A stretch of 64,000 bases of DNA from Patescibacteria group bacterium (GTDB lineage Bacteria; Patescibacteriota; Microgenomatia; UBA1400; PJMF01), in the NCBI GenBank assembly GCA_045541795.1, contig JAZQJV010000018.1, positions 118,236-182,235 of the forward strand. The letters are read 5' to 3'. Shown piece by piece: positions 16,368-23,956 of this stretch. The notes under the pieces are model-generated. The model worked only from the letters and a program-made list of their open reading frames with translations. It was not told where the DNA came from and searched no databases. The translations under genes and the position numbers were made by a program. Every line of letters starts with the position of its first letter. Within the stretch, counting starts at the first letter, position 1.

Positions 16368-16778
16368 ATGTTGCGCATTTCAGGTGTTGATATCCCAGAA
16401 CAAAAGAAAGTGGCGTTTGCCCTCAGATACATTCATGGTGTCGGTCCTAAAGTGGCCGCAGACGTGATTCATCGCTCTAATATTGATGAAAACAAGCGCG
16501 CTCGTGATCTGACCTCAGAAGAGATCGGCCGTATCCAGACTGTATTAGAACAATATGTAATCGAGGGTGACCTCAAGCGCAAAGTAGCTGACGACATCGA
16601 CCGGCTCAAACGTATCCGTTCTTATCGCGGTTTACGGCATATCGCTGGCTTGCCGGTACGCGGACAACGTACCCGCACCAATTCTCGCTCAGTGCGCGGC
16701 AATAAGCGGACTACTATCGGTTCCATGACTAAGGAAATGGCGGCTAAACTGGAGGAAGCCAAAAATAAAAAAGGCTAA
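16368..16778 (+). CDS. rpsM: 30S ribosomal protein S13
   Basis: MLRISGVDIPEQKKVAFALRYIHGVG..; conserved operon position. Confidence 0.95.
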   Translation: MLRISGVDIPEQKKVAFALRYIHGVGPKVAADVIHRSNIDENKRARDLTSEEIGRIQTVLEQYVIEGDLKRKVADDIDRLKRIRSYRGLRHIAGLPVRGQRTRTNSRSVRGNKRTTIGSMTKEMAAKLEEAKNKKG

Positions 16779-16784
16779 TAGACT

Positions 16785-17186
16785 ATGAGAAAAAACCACA
16801 ATAATCGTCGTAATTTTAAGAAGAAAAGCAACAGAGTCGTTTCTAAAGGCCGGTTGTATGTGAGCGCTACCTTTAATAGTACCTTGGCCACCGTCACCGA
16901 CGAAAAAGGCAATGCGCTTTGCTGGTCATCCACTGGTGAATCTGGATTTTCTGGCGGTCGCAAATCTACACCTTTTGCCGCCACTGTCGCCGTGGAAAAC
17001 GCGCTCAATAAATCTAAGGCTTTTGGCATGAATGAAATTGATGTCTACATCAAAGGCATCGGCCCGGGGCGTGATGTCGTGCTCAATGTGCTGCGCGCCT
17101 CCAAAATGAAAGTAGGCATGATCGTGGACCGCACTCCTATTCCGCACAACGGTACTCGTTCACGCAAGGCAAAACATAATCGCTAA
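16785..17186 (+). CDS. rpsK: 30S ribosomal protein S11
   Basis: GRLYVSATFNSTLATVTDEKGNALCWSSTG..GFSGGRKSTPFAA. Confidence 0.95.
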   Translation: MRKNHNNRRNFKKKSNRVVSKGRLYVSATFNSTLATVTDEKGNALCWSSTGESGFSGGRKSTPFAATVAVENALNKSKAFGMNEIDVYIKGIGPGRDVVLNVLRASKMKVGMIVDRTPIPHNGTRSRKAKHNR

Positions 17187-17197
17187 GGAATACTAAT

Positions 17198-17806
17198 ATG
17201 TCAAGATATACCGGACCAAAAACAAGAATTTCTCGCAAATTTAATGAAGACTTGTCGCTCAAGACAAATGCAGCTAAGACGGCACGCCGTCTCATGCAAG
17301 CTCCTGGTCAGCATGGTGCCAAAATGCGCCGCAAGCTCTCCCAGTACGGCATGCAGCTCAAAGAAAAGCAAAAAGTCAAAGCCATTTATGGTGTCAGCGA
17401 GAAGCAACTCGTACGTCTTTATAAGGAAGCTGCCAGCAAGCAGACCAATACGGGTATGACTTTGCTTTCATACTTAGAGCGCCGTCTCGATAATGTGATT
17501 TATCGCGCTGGTTTCGCTCCTACTCGTGCTGCCGCCAGACAGATAGTCAATCATGCTCACATCTGTGTCAATGGTCGTAAGCTAGATATTCCTTCATATA
17601 GAGTACAGGTGGGTGACGTGGTGACTATTGCTCCACGCTCCAATAAAATCAAAATTATCGCTGAAGCGATCAAAAATAGTGAAGTTCCTGAAATGGAATG
17701 GCTACAGGTCAAGGCTGGAGCAATCAAGATTGCTAGCTTGCCCAAGCGCGAAAACACCATGGAAAATATTGAAGAGCAGCTAATTGTGGAGTTCTATTCT
17801 CGATAG
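17198..17806 (+). CDS. rpsD: 30S ribosomal protein S4
   Basis: MSRYTGPKTRISRKF...YGMQLKEKQK..LERRLDNVIYR.. Confidence 0.95.
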   Translation: MSRYTGPKTRISRKFNEDLSLKTNAAKTARRLMQAPGQHGAKMRRKLSQYGMQLKEKQKVKAIYGVSEKQLVRLYKEAASKQTNTGMTLLSYLERRLDNVIYRAGFAPTRAAARQIVNHAHICVNGRKLDIPSYRVQVGDVVTIAPRSNKIKIIAEAIKNSEVPEMEWLQVKAGAIKIASLPKRENTMENIEEQLIVEFYSR

Positions 17807-17818
17807 AGGGGAGTGTGT

Positions 17819-18772
17819 ATGAGAGATTTAAGTCAATATGAAGTATTAAATCCAGGTTTTGAGACGAAAGTTCTTGAAGAGTTAGAACCCAATCAAGCAG
17901 TGATTGAGATCTCGCCGCTGATGAATGGCTACGGTCACACCATCGGTAATGCTCTCCGCCGTGTTTTGCTGACCTCCTTAGTGGGCAGTGCGATCACGAG
18001 CGTGAAATTTGCTGATTCTGACCATCCCTATACTGGTGTGGATGGCTTGAGCGATGATTTGCTCAACATTATCCTTAATCTCAAGCAAGTAGTCATCCGT
18101 GGTGATTCTGACGAACGAGTCAATATCAGTCTAGATGTAGTCGGTCCCAAAGTCGTCACTGCTGGCGATATTCAAGTGCCGGCTGGCTTTGAGATCATCA
18201 ATAAAGATCTGGTGATTACCGAAATTGTCACTGATAAAGCTTTCAATGTCGAAATGGAAGTAGAAAGTGGCTTCGGCTATCGTATGGCTCCGGAAAAAGC
18301 CAAATCCTTGATCGGCCAGATAGATATTGATGCGCTCTTTTCTCCTGTCGCGACTGTGTCTTACAAAGTGGAAGAAACTCGTGTCGGCCGTCAGACTGAC
18401 TATGATCGTCTACTTTTAACTGTCAAGACCAAAGGTACGCTCACACCCTTAGAAGCGGTACAGCAGGGCGCACAGATCTTGGCGAAGCAATTCACTCAGA
18501 TCTTTGACCCAGTGGCCTTAGATCCAAGCAAACAAGATTTCTCGCAACGCAAATTTGATCCTAAGGAGGCTAAGATTATGCTCTTGACGGTGGAAGAGTT
18601 GGAACTGCCCACTAGATTGAGTAATGCCTTGCGGCGTGCTGGCTTTAAGACAGTCTATGATTTACTAAGTACCCAAAAGAGCGTTATTGCTAAGGTTAAA
18701 AACCTCGGTGCCAAGAGTATTGGCATCATTGAAGAAGCCTTAGCTGCTCACGGAGTGAAGCTGGAGGATTAA
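17819..18772 (+). CDS. rpoA: DNA-directed RNA polymerase alpha subunit
   Basis: GYGHTIGNALRRVLLTSL.G.A, plus a C-terminal domain with ELELPTRLSNALRRAG. The ATG at 17819 lies 8 nt after GAGGGGA; the track start is a GTG at 17813. Confidence 0.9.
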   Translation: MRDLSQYEVLNPGFETKVLEELEPNQAVIEISPLMNGYGHTIGNALRRVLLTSLVGSAITSVKFADSDHPYTGVDGLSDDLLNIILNLKQVVIRGDSDERVNISLDVVGPKVVTAGDIQVPAGFEIINKDLVITEIVTDKAFNVEMEVESGFGYRMAPEKAKSLIGQIDIDALFSPVATVSYKVEETRVGRQTDYDRLLLTVKTKGTLTPLEAVQQGAQILAKQFTQIFDPVALDPSKQDFSQRKFDPKEAKIMLLTVEELELPTRLSNALRRAGFKTVYDLLSTQKSVIAKVKNLGAKSIGIIEEALAAHGVKLED

Positions 18773-18774
18773 TT

Positions 18775-19353
18775 ATGAGACACCGCCTAAATAAAAAATC
18801 ATTCAATCGTGACACCAAATCCAGAAGAGCACTTTTGCACGGCGTTGCTGTCGCTGTCTTAGAACATGGCGAAATTATCACCACCAAACCCAAGGGTAAG
18901 GAGGCAAGTAAACTGATTGACAAGGTCATTTCTAAAGCCAAAAAAGGCGATCTGGCCTCCCGCCGACAACTACACCGCATTTTCGGCAGCCGTCAAGTGG
19001 TCAATAATCTGTGCGATCGGGTAGCTCCTGTGTTTGCCAATCGGCAATCTGGCTTTTCTCGCTTGGTATTTTACGGCAATCGTCGCGGTGATAACACGCC
19101 GATGTACCGTTTGAGCCTGGTGGAAGTATTACCCGCTCCCAAGAAAAGTGAAAAGCAAACTTCGCCGGTAAAAACAGCTAAGGCAACTAGTAAGTCAACC
19201 GCGAGCGCTCATGTCCATGACGACCAGGCAAAAAAGGCAGTTAAGACTGACCAAGGCAAGGCAGAAAAAGTGACCAATAAAATCGGTAATCTAGTGCGCC
19301 GTTCTACCAATCGGAATCGGTCTACAGCTAGCGGCGGTGGCAGAGGGAAATAA
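18775..19353 (+). CDS. rplQ: 50S ribosomal protein L17 with a long basic/Ala-Lys-rich C-terminal extension
   Basis: MRHRLNKKSFNRDTKSRRALL..TTKPKGKE.... Confidence 0.9.
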   Translation: MRHRLNKKSFNRDTKSRRALLHGVAVAVLEHGEIITTKPKGKEASKLIDKVISKAKKGDLASRRQLHRIFGSRQVVNNLCDRVAPVFANRQSGFSRLVFYGNRRGDNTPMYRLSLVEVLPAPKKSEKQTSPVKTAKATSKSTASAHVHDDQAKKAVKTDQGKAEKVTNKIGNLVRRSTNRNRSTASGGGRGK

Positions 19354-19355
19354 CT

Positions 19356-19787
19356 ATGCAAATCAGACATCAAAAAACGACAACGCTTAAACAAAAACAA
19401 GTGAAAAGAAATTGGCACTTGCTTGACGGCGATAATAAAGTCTTAGGACAGTTAGCCACTCAAATTGTGGAGTTACTTATGGGTAAACAAAAACCCACTT
19501 ATACTCCTAATATTGACGATGGCGACTACGTGGTGGTGGTGAATGCCTCAAACGTGGTCGTTACCGGCAACAAAGCTGATAAGAAAATCTACACTCACCA
19601 CTCCAATTATCCTGGGGGGCTAGTTAGCGAGAGCTTCCGCTCTTTGCAATCTCGTGACCCGGAGGCGGTTATCCGCTTGGCTGTCAAACGGATGCTACCA
19701 GATAACAAATTGCGCGACGTCCGCTTGGGACGGCTCAAGGTTTTTCCGGGATCGGAGCATTCTTATCAGAATTTTATAAAGGAATAA
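19356..19787 (+). CDS. rplM: 50S ribosomal protein L13
   Basis: W.LLDGDNKVLGQLATQIVELLMGKQKPTYTP..D.GDYVVVVNA. Confidence 0.9.
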   Translation: MQIRHQKTTTLKQKQVKRNWHLLDGDNKVLGQLATQIVELLMGKQKPTYTPNIDDGDYVVVVNASNVVVTGNKADKKIYTHHSNYPGGLVSESFRSLQSRDPEAVIRLAVKRMLPDNKLRDVRLGRLKVFPGSEHSYQNFIKE

Positions 19788-19793
19788 AAGCGT

Positions 19794-20297
19794 ATGGCGA
19801 TCAAGAAAAACAAAAAATCAGTAGCGCAAAAAGTGGTCAAGAAAGAAAAACCAAAAATCATGACTAAATCTGGTCGTGGCGCGGTAGCTATGGCTTCGCC
19901 CAAGGGCGAATACGTGGCTGCGGTGGGTCGCAGACGTACCTCTACAGCTCGCATCCGCCTCTATCCTCGTCCTGGTGATTTTGTCGTTAACGGCGTGCCC
20001 GCAGGCAAGTATTTTGAGAATATTCCCAATGCGGCCACATATTACAATCGCCCGTTTGCAATCACCAATTGTCTGGGACGTTTTGCGGTGACAGTCAAAG
20101 TCACTGGCGGCGGTAAAAACGGCCAACTGGGCGCGCTTGCTCACGGCTTGGCTCGAGCTTTGGTAAAAATGAATCCAGATTATCATGAATTATTTAAAGA
20201 TTCTTCCTTGCTTACACGTGATGACCGGATGAAAGAAAGCCGCAAGATCGGCACTGGCGGTAAGGCTCGCCGCAAACGGCAATCTCCAAAGCGCTAA
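19794..20297 (+). CDS. rpsI: 30S ribosomal protein S9 with an N-terminal Lys-rich extension
   Basis: GRRRTSTARIRLYPG.G...NG...YF......GGG..GQ.GA..HG.ARAL...D.R..ESRK.G..GKARRKRQSPKR. Confidence 0.9.
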   Translation: MAIKKNKKSVAQKVVKKEKPKIMTKSGRGAVAMASPKGEYVAAVGRRRTSTARIRLYPRPGDFVVNGVPAGKYFENIPNAATYYNRPFAITNCLGRFAVTVKVTGGGKNGQLGALAHGLARALVKMNPDYHELFKDSSLLTRDDRMKESRKIGTGGKARRKRQSPKR

Positions 20298-20318
20298 TAC
20301 ATTGCAAAAGCCAACATC

Positions 20319-20345
20319 AAAACCCACCAGATACGGTGGGTTTTT
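20319..20345 (+). terminator. intrinsic terminator after rpsI
   Basis: cccacc / ggtggg stem flanked by aaaa...ttttt. Confidence 0.7.
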
Positions 20346-20389
20346 AAATTGCCTGCCCACAGCCCGCTTTTTGTGGTACAATCAGGAGT

Positions 20390-22195
20390 ATGCAGTTTAG
20401 TAAATTAAGCCAGACGCTACTTGACATCGAAGCAATCAACGCGCGCTTGCAAATCACTCAGATTTTATCAAAACTCTGGCCGCAGCTGGACGAGCGTGAA
20501 TTATGGCAAGCTGCCAACCTTATCCAGGGACAATTACAACCGCCCTATGAACAGCTTGTTTTTAGTCTGTCCGTGAAAATGATCGCCCGCGCTCTGGTGC
20601 AGCTGGCGCTCGCCAATGGTGGCTTGGCTGGCGGCGTAAGTGTGGATTTATTTGGGCAAGCTGATGAACAGTCACTTACTGATCAAATTAAAGCGATACA
20701 TCGCCGTTTTGGTGACTGGGGCGAGACGGCAGCGTCAGTGCACACCGAGCTTTTTGGTGCAAAAGGCTCTAATTTGAGCATTAATGATGTGTATACCAGA
20801 CTGACCGCGATTGCCAAGATCAGTGGCGACGGTTCACAACAGGCTAAGCTTGATGCCTTGGTCTCTTTACTGTCTGCAATTGATGCCTCGAGTGCTAAAT
20901 TTGTGATCAGGATGGTGATCGGCAAACTGCGTTTGGGTTTTTCTACGATGACGATTTTAGACAGCCTTTCGTGGGCGGTTTGCGGTGATAAATCCGAAAG
21001 CAAACTGCTAGAAAGCGCCTGGCAAAAAAAAGCTGATGTTGGCTTACTGGCGGCCGCCTACTTGCCACTGCAAAACCTCACGCCGCTCAAGCGCCGGGAA
21101 AAATTAGCTGCAGACTATCACGCGAGCGTGGGCGTACCTTTAGTGCCGGCTTTGTGCCAACGGCTCAATTCTACCACTGACATCATCGAAAAGGTGGGCG
21201 CTACCATCGCTGAGCCTAAATATGATGGCATGCGCATCCAAATTCACGTCCGCCGTCAGGGTGGGCTGCAAGTTTTTGCTTTCACCAGGAGTTTGGAAAA
21301 TGTTTCTCACATGTTTCCAGAGCTACAAGAATTTGCCAGTAGCCTCGATGTGGATGCCGCCATTTTTGACTCAGAAGCTGTGGGCTTTAATGCTCACACC
21401 GGGCAGATGTTGCCTTTCCAAGAGACCATTAGTCGGCGTCGGCTTCACGACGTCGATCAAAAAGCTCAGTCCATCAAAATGAAATTTTTCATTTTTGACG
21501 TTTTACTTTTAAATGAGCAGGAACTCATCACGACGCCCTTGGCTGAGCGCAAAAAACTACTGCGCCAAACAGTTGCCGATAGCGACGTCGCGCAGGTGAC
21601 GAGTTTTATCGTCACTAGTGATCCCGGACAGCTGCGCCAGTTCCATGAACGCCAGCTCCAGCTTGGTCTGGAGGGGATGGTGGCCAAAGGGGAGAGCAGT
21701 GATTATCAAAGCGGCCGCAAAGGCTGGCACTGGGTCAAGATTAAAGAAGCAGAAGGTACTCGTGGCAAGCTCAATGACACCCTTGATTTAGTAGTCATGG
21801 GTTATTATTATGGTCAGGGCCGGCGGCATGATATGGGCGTGGGAGCGATTCTTACAGGCGTGTTGGCAGATAATGGTGATATTGTCACGATCAGCAAAAT
21901 CGGCACCGGCTTTACTGATGAAAATCTTTCTTCCTTCCACTCTCAAGCAGAAAATTACCGTACAGATACCAAGCCCACCGACTACCAAGTAGGCAAGCAG
22001 CTGATACCGGATGTGTGGTTGAGGCCGCACCTAGTAGCCGAAATTGCTGCTGACGAGCTTACTCGCTCTACCATGCATACAAGCGGCTACGGCCTCCGTT
22101 TCCCCCGCATTATCCGGTGGCGAGACGATAAAACCGCTGCTCAAGCTACCACCCGCAGCGAGCTGGCATCCATTACTATAGATAAAGGAGATTAA
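20390..22195 (+). CDS. lig: ATP-dependent DNA ligase (Lig1/archaeal-type three-domain architecture)
   Basis: Adenylation motif AEPKYDGMRIQIH (KxDG), then FDSEAV, EGMVAK and WVKIK motifs. The ~230-aa N-terminal region is consistent with a DNA-binding domain. Confidence 0.85.
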   Translation: MQFSKLSQTLLDIEAINARLQITQILSKLWPQLDERELWQAANLIQGQLQPPYEQLVFSLSVKMIARALVQLALANGGLAGGVSVDLFGQADEQSLTDQIKAIHRRFGDWGETAASVHTELFGAKGSNLSINDVYTRLTAIAKISGDGSQQAKLDALVSLLSAIDASSAKFVIRMVIGKLRLGFSTMTILDSLSWAVCGDKSESKLLESAWQKKADVGLLAAAYLPLQNLTPLKRREKLAADYHASVGVPLVPALCQRLNSTTDIIEKVGATIAEPKYDGMRIQIHVRRQGGLQVFAFTRSLENVSHMFPELQEFASSLDVDAAIFDSEAVGFNAHTGQMLPFQETISRRRLHDVDQKAQSIKMKFFIFDVLLLNEQELITTPLAERKKLLRQTVADSDVAQVTSFIVTSDPGQLRQFHERQLQLGLEGMVAKGESSDYQSGRKGWHWVKIKEAEGTRGKLNDTLDLVVMGYYYGQGRRHDMGVGAILTGVLADNGDIVTISKIGTGFTDENLSSFHSQAENYRTDTKPTDYQVGKQLIPDVWLRPHLVAEIAADELTRSTMHTSGYGLRFPRIIRWRDDKTAAQATTRSELASITIDKGD

Positions 22196-22196
22196 A

Positions 22197-23384
22197 ATGC
22201 GCATTGCGATGTTTACTGATACCTTTTACCCCAAAAATGATGGCATGTCTACCAGTACGCAGCATCTGGCCGTCAGTTTAGCTGCCTCTGGTCATCAGGT
22301 CTTGATTGTCGCTCCCAAAGTTCACCGTTCTTCCCTCGATTTTACTCTTCCTGGCGTGCAAATCGTCTGGCTTACTTCCATTCCCGCGGGATTATATCCT
22401 GATCTACGCCTTGCTTCCTGGTCACCGCGCCTCCACAAAAAGCTCCACGACTTCGCGCCAGAAGTTATCCACGTCATGTCACCGATGCCAGTTAGTCTGA
22501 CGGGCATGGCTTACGCCAAAGTACAGCGCCTACCTATCGTCATGACTTTTCACACTTATTTTATGGATCCCGAATACCTCAAAGTCATTCATATAGATAA
22601 ATCCAGTCGGTCAAAATTTGTGGAAGAACTGGGCTGGGATTTGGCCAAAACTGTCCACGCTCGCGCCGATGTCACTATTGCTCCCACAGACTTTGTCGCC
22701 GCCGACCTCAAAAAGCGCAATTTCAAGCAGCCCATCCTCACTATCCCCAGCGGCGTGCAGATCAAAAAAAAACCTCTCTCACGAGAAAAAATCGCCAACC
22801 TGCGTCAATCACTAGGGATTAGTGATGATAAACGGGTGATAGTTAGTATTGGGCGTGTCAGTCAAGAAAAAAACCTGCGCGGTCTGCTGCGGGTGTTTCA
22901 AGCAGCACACCGTGAAGTCCCAGAAGCTTGCCTGCTGGTAGTCGGCGGCGGGCCTGATCTCGAAGCTGTCAAAAAGTACGCCGCTAAACTCGATCTTGCA
23001 GATAGTGTCATTTTCACCGGCGATGTCCCTCACGAAAAAGTTTTGAGCGCTGGTTATTACGCACTGGGTGAATTTTTCACCACCGCCAGCATGAGCGAAA
23101 CTCAAGGCATGACGAGCGTCGAAGCTCAGATATACGGTTTACCAGTAGTGGCTTATCACTCTAAAGGCTTACCTTTTGTCATCGGTCAAGCGGGCGTCAT
23201 GGTGACGGAAAATGACGAGTCAGCTTTGGCGAGGGCAATGATAGATTTGCTGTGTCAGCCGCATCAACTGGAAGCGTTGCGTGAAAAAGTCACTGCCAAC
23301 TTAGCTCGCTTTGACATTAACCATACTACTAAACAAATTGTAGAAGGCTACGAGCTGGCGCTGACAATTAATCATTCCCAATAA
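22197..23384 (+). CDS. glycosyltransferase family 4
   Basis: MRIAMFTDTFYPKNDGMS...; C-terminal E..G....EA...G.PVV pattern (SETQGMTSVEAQIYGLPVVA). Confidence 0.8.
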   Translation: MRIAMFTDTFYPKNDGMSTSTQHLAVSLAASGHQVLIVAPKVHRSSLDFTLPGVQIVWLTSIPAGLYPDLRLASWSPRLHKKLHDFAPEVIHVMSPMPVSLTGMAYAKVQRLPIVMTFHTYFMDPEYLKVIHIDKSSRSKFVEELGWDLAKTVHARADVTIAPTDFVAADLKKRNFKQPILTIPSGVQIKKKPLSREKIANLRQSLGISDDKRVIVSIGRVSQEKNLRGLLRVFQAAHREVPEACLLVVGGGPDLEAVKKYAAKLDLADSVIFTGDVPHEKVLSAGYYALGEFFTTASMSETQGMTSVEAQIYGLPVVAYHSKGLPFVIGQAGVMVTENDESALARAMIDLLCQPHQLEALREKVTANLARFDINHTTKQIVEGYELALTINHSQ

Positions 23385-23694
23385 GATCGGCAAGACTGTC
23401 AACTTTTTTCGGCATAGTCTTGCTCATCACTGTCCACATCCGGATTTGTTTGGGATCTTCGCTAAAGTCAGCGTCAGTGACCTCACTGGTGGCGACTGCA
23501 AGACTATCGCTGCTGTCCTGCACTGCTACTTCTACCCGGCACATCCCCAGCGGGTGCAAATCACTGGCAAAAGTTCGCAAGAAAATCAGTTTACCACCTT
23601 TTTTCTGATAAGCAAAACGTTCCGGCTTAGTGACGGTACTAGCTATTCTTTCAATGAACTCATCAGGATCTTGATTGGCGTTAATGGCGATCAT
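23368..23694 (-). CDS. hypothetical protein
   Basis: The start is moved to the ATG at 23694 (MIAINANQ), preceded by AAGGA. The longer track ORF would have to translate through a palindromic repeat array. Confidence 0.45.
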   Translation of the reverse strand: MIAINANQDPDEFIERIASTVTKPERFAYQKKGGKLIFLRTFASDLHPLGMCRVEVAVQDSSDSLAVATSEVTDADFSEDPKQIRMWTVMSKTMPKKVDSLADLIGND

Positions 23695-23749
23695 TTTGTC
23701 CTTTTTGTGCGCAATTTGTAAAATTATGTTCACTTTTTCCAGATGTAGG

Positions 23750-23780
23750 TGTTTAACATTTGTTAAACATTTGTTTAACA
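23750..23780. promoter_or_regulatory. alternating inverted 9-mer array (possible operator)
   Basis: tgtttaaca-tt-tgttaaaca-tt-tgtttaaca. The middle unit is the exact reverse complement of the two outer units. Confidence 0.5.
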
Positions 23781-23816
23781 AACTGCCAAACGCATTGATA
23801 AATTTTACCTACCAAT

Positions 23817-23893
23817 TGGTGACTCCAGAGGGATTCGAACCCTCGATCTTTTGGATGAAAACCAAATATCCTGGACCGCTAGACGATGGAGCC
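23817..23893 (-). tRNA. tRNA-Glu (anticodon UUC), CCA encoded
   Basis: The reverse complement is GGCUCCAUCGUCUAGCGGUCCAGGAUAUUUGGUUUUCAUCCAAAAGAUCGAGGGUUCGAAUCCCUCUGGAGUCACCA. It folds by hand into a cloverleaf with a 7-bp acceptor stem, a GUUCGAAUC T-loop and anticodon loop UUUUCAU. TGaTATAAT lies upstream on the minus strand. Confidence 0.9.
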
Positions 23894-23956
23894 AGCTTTC
23901 AAAGAACTCACATATTATATCACATTTCCTGCCAAAAGCAAGAGGAAAAACGAAGA

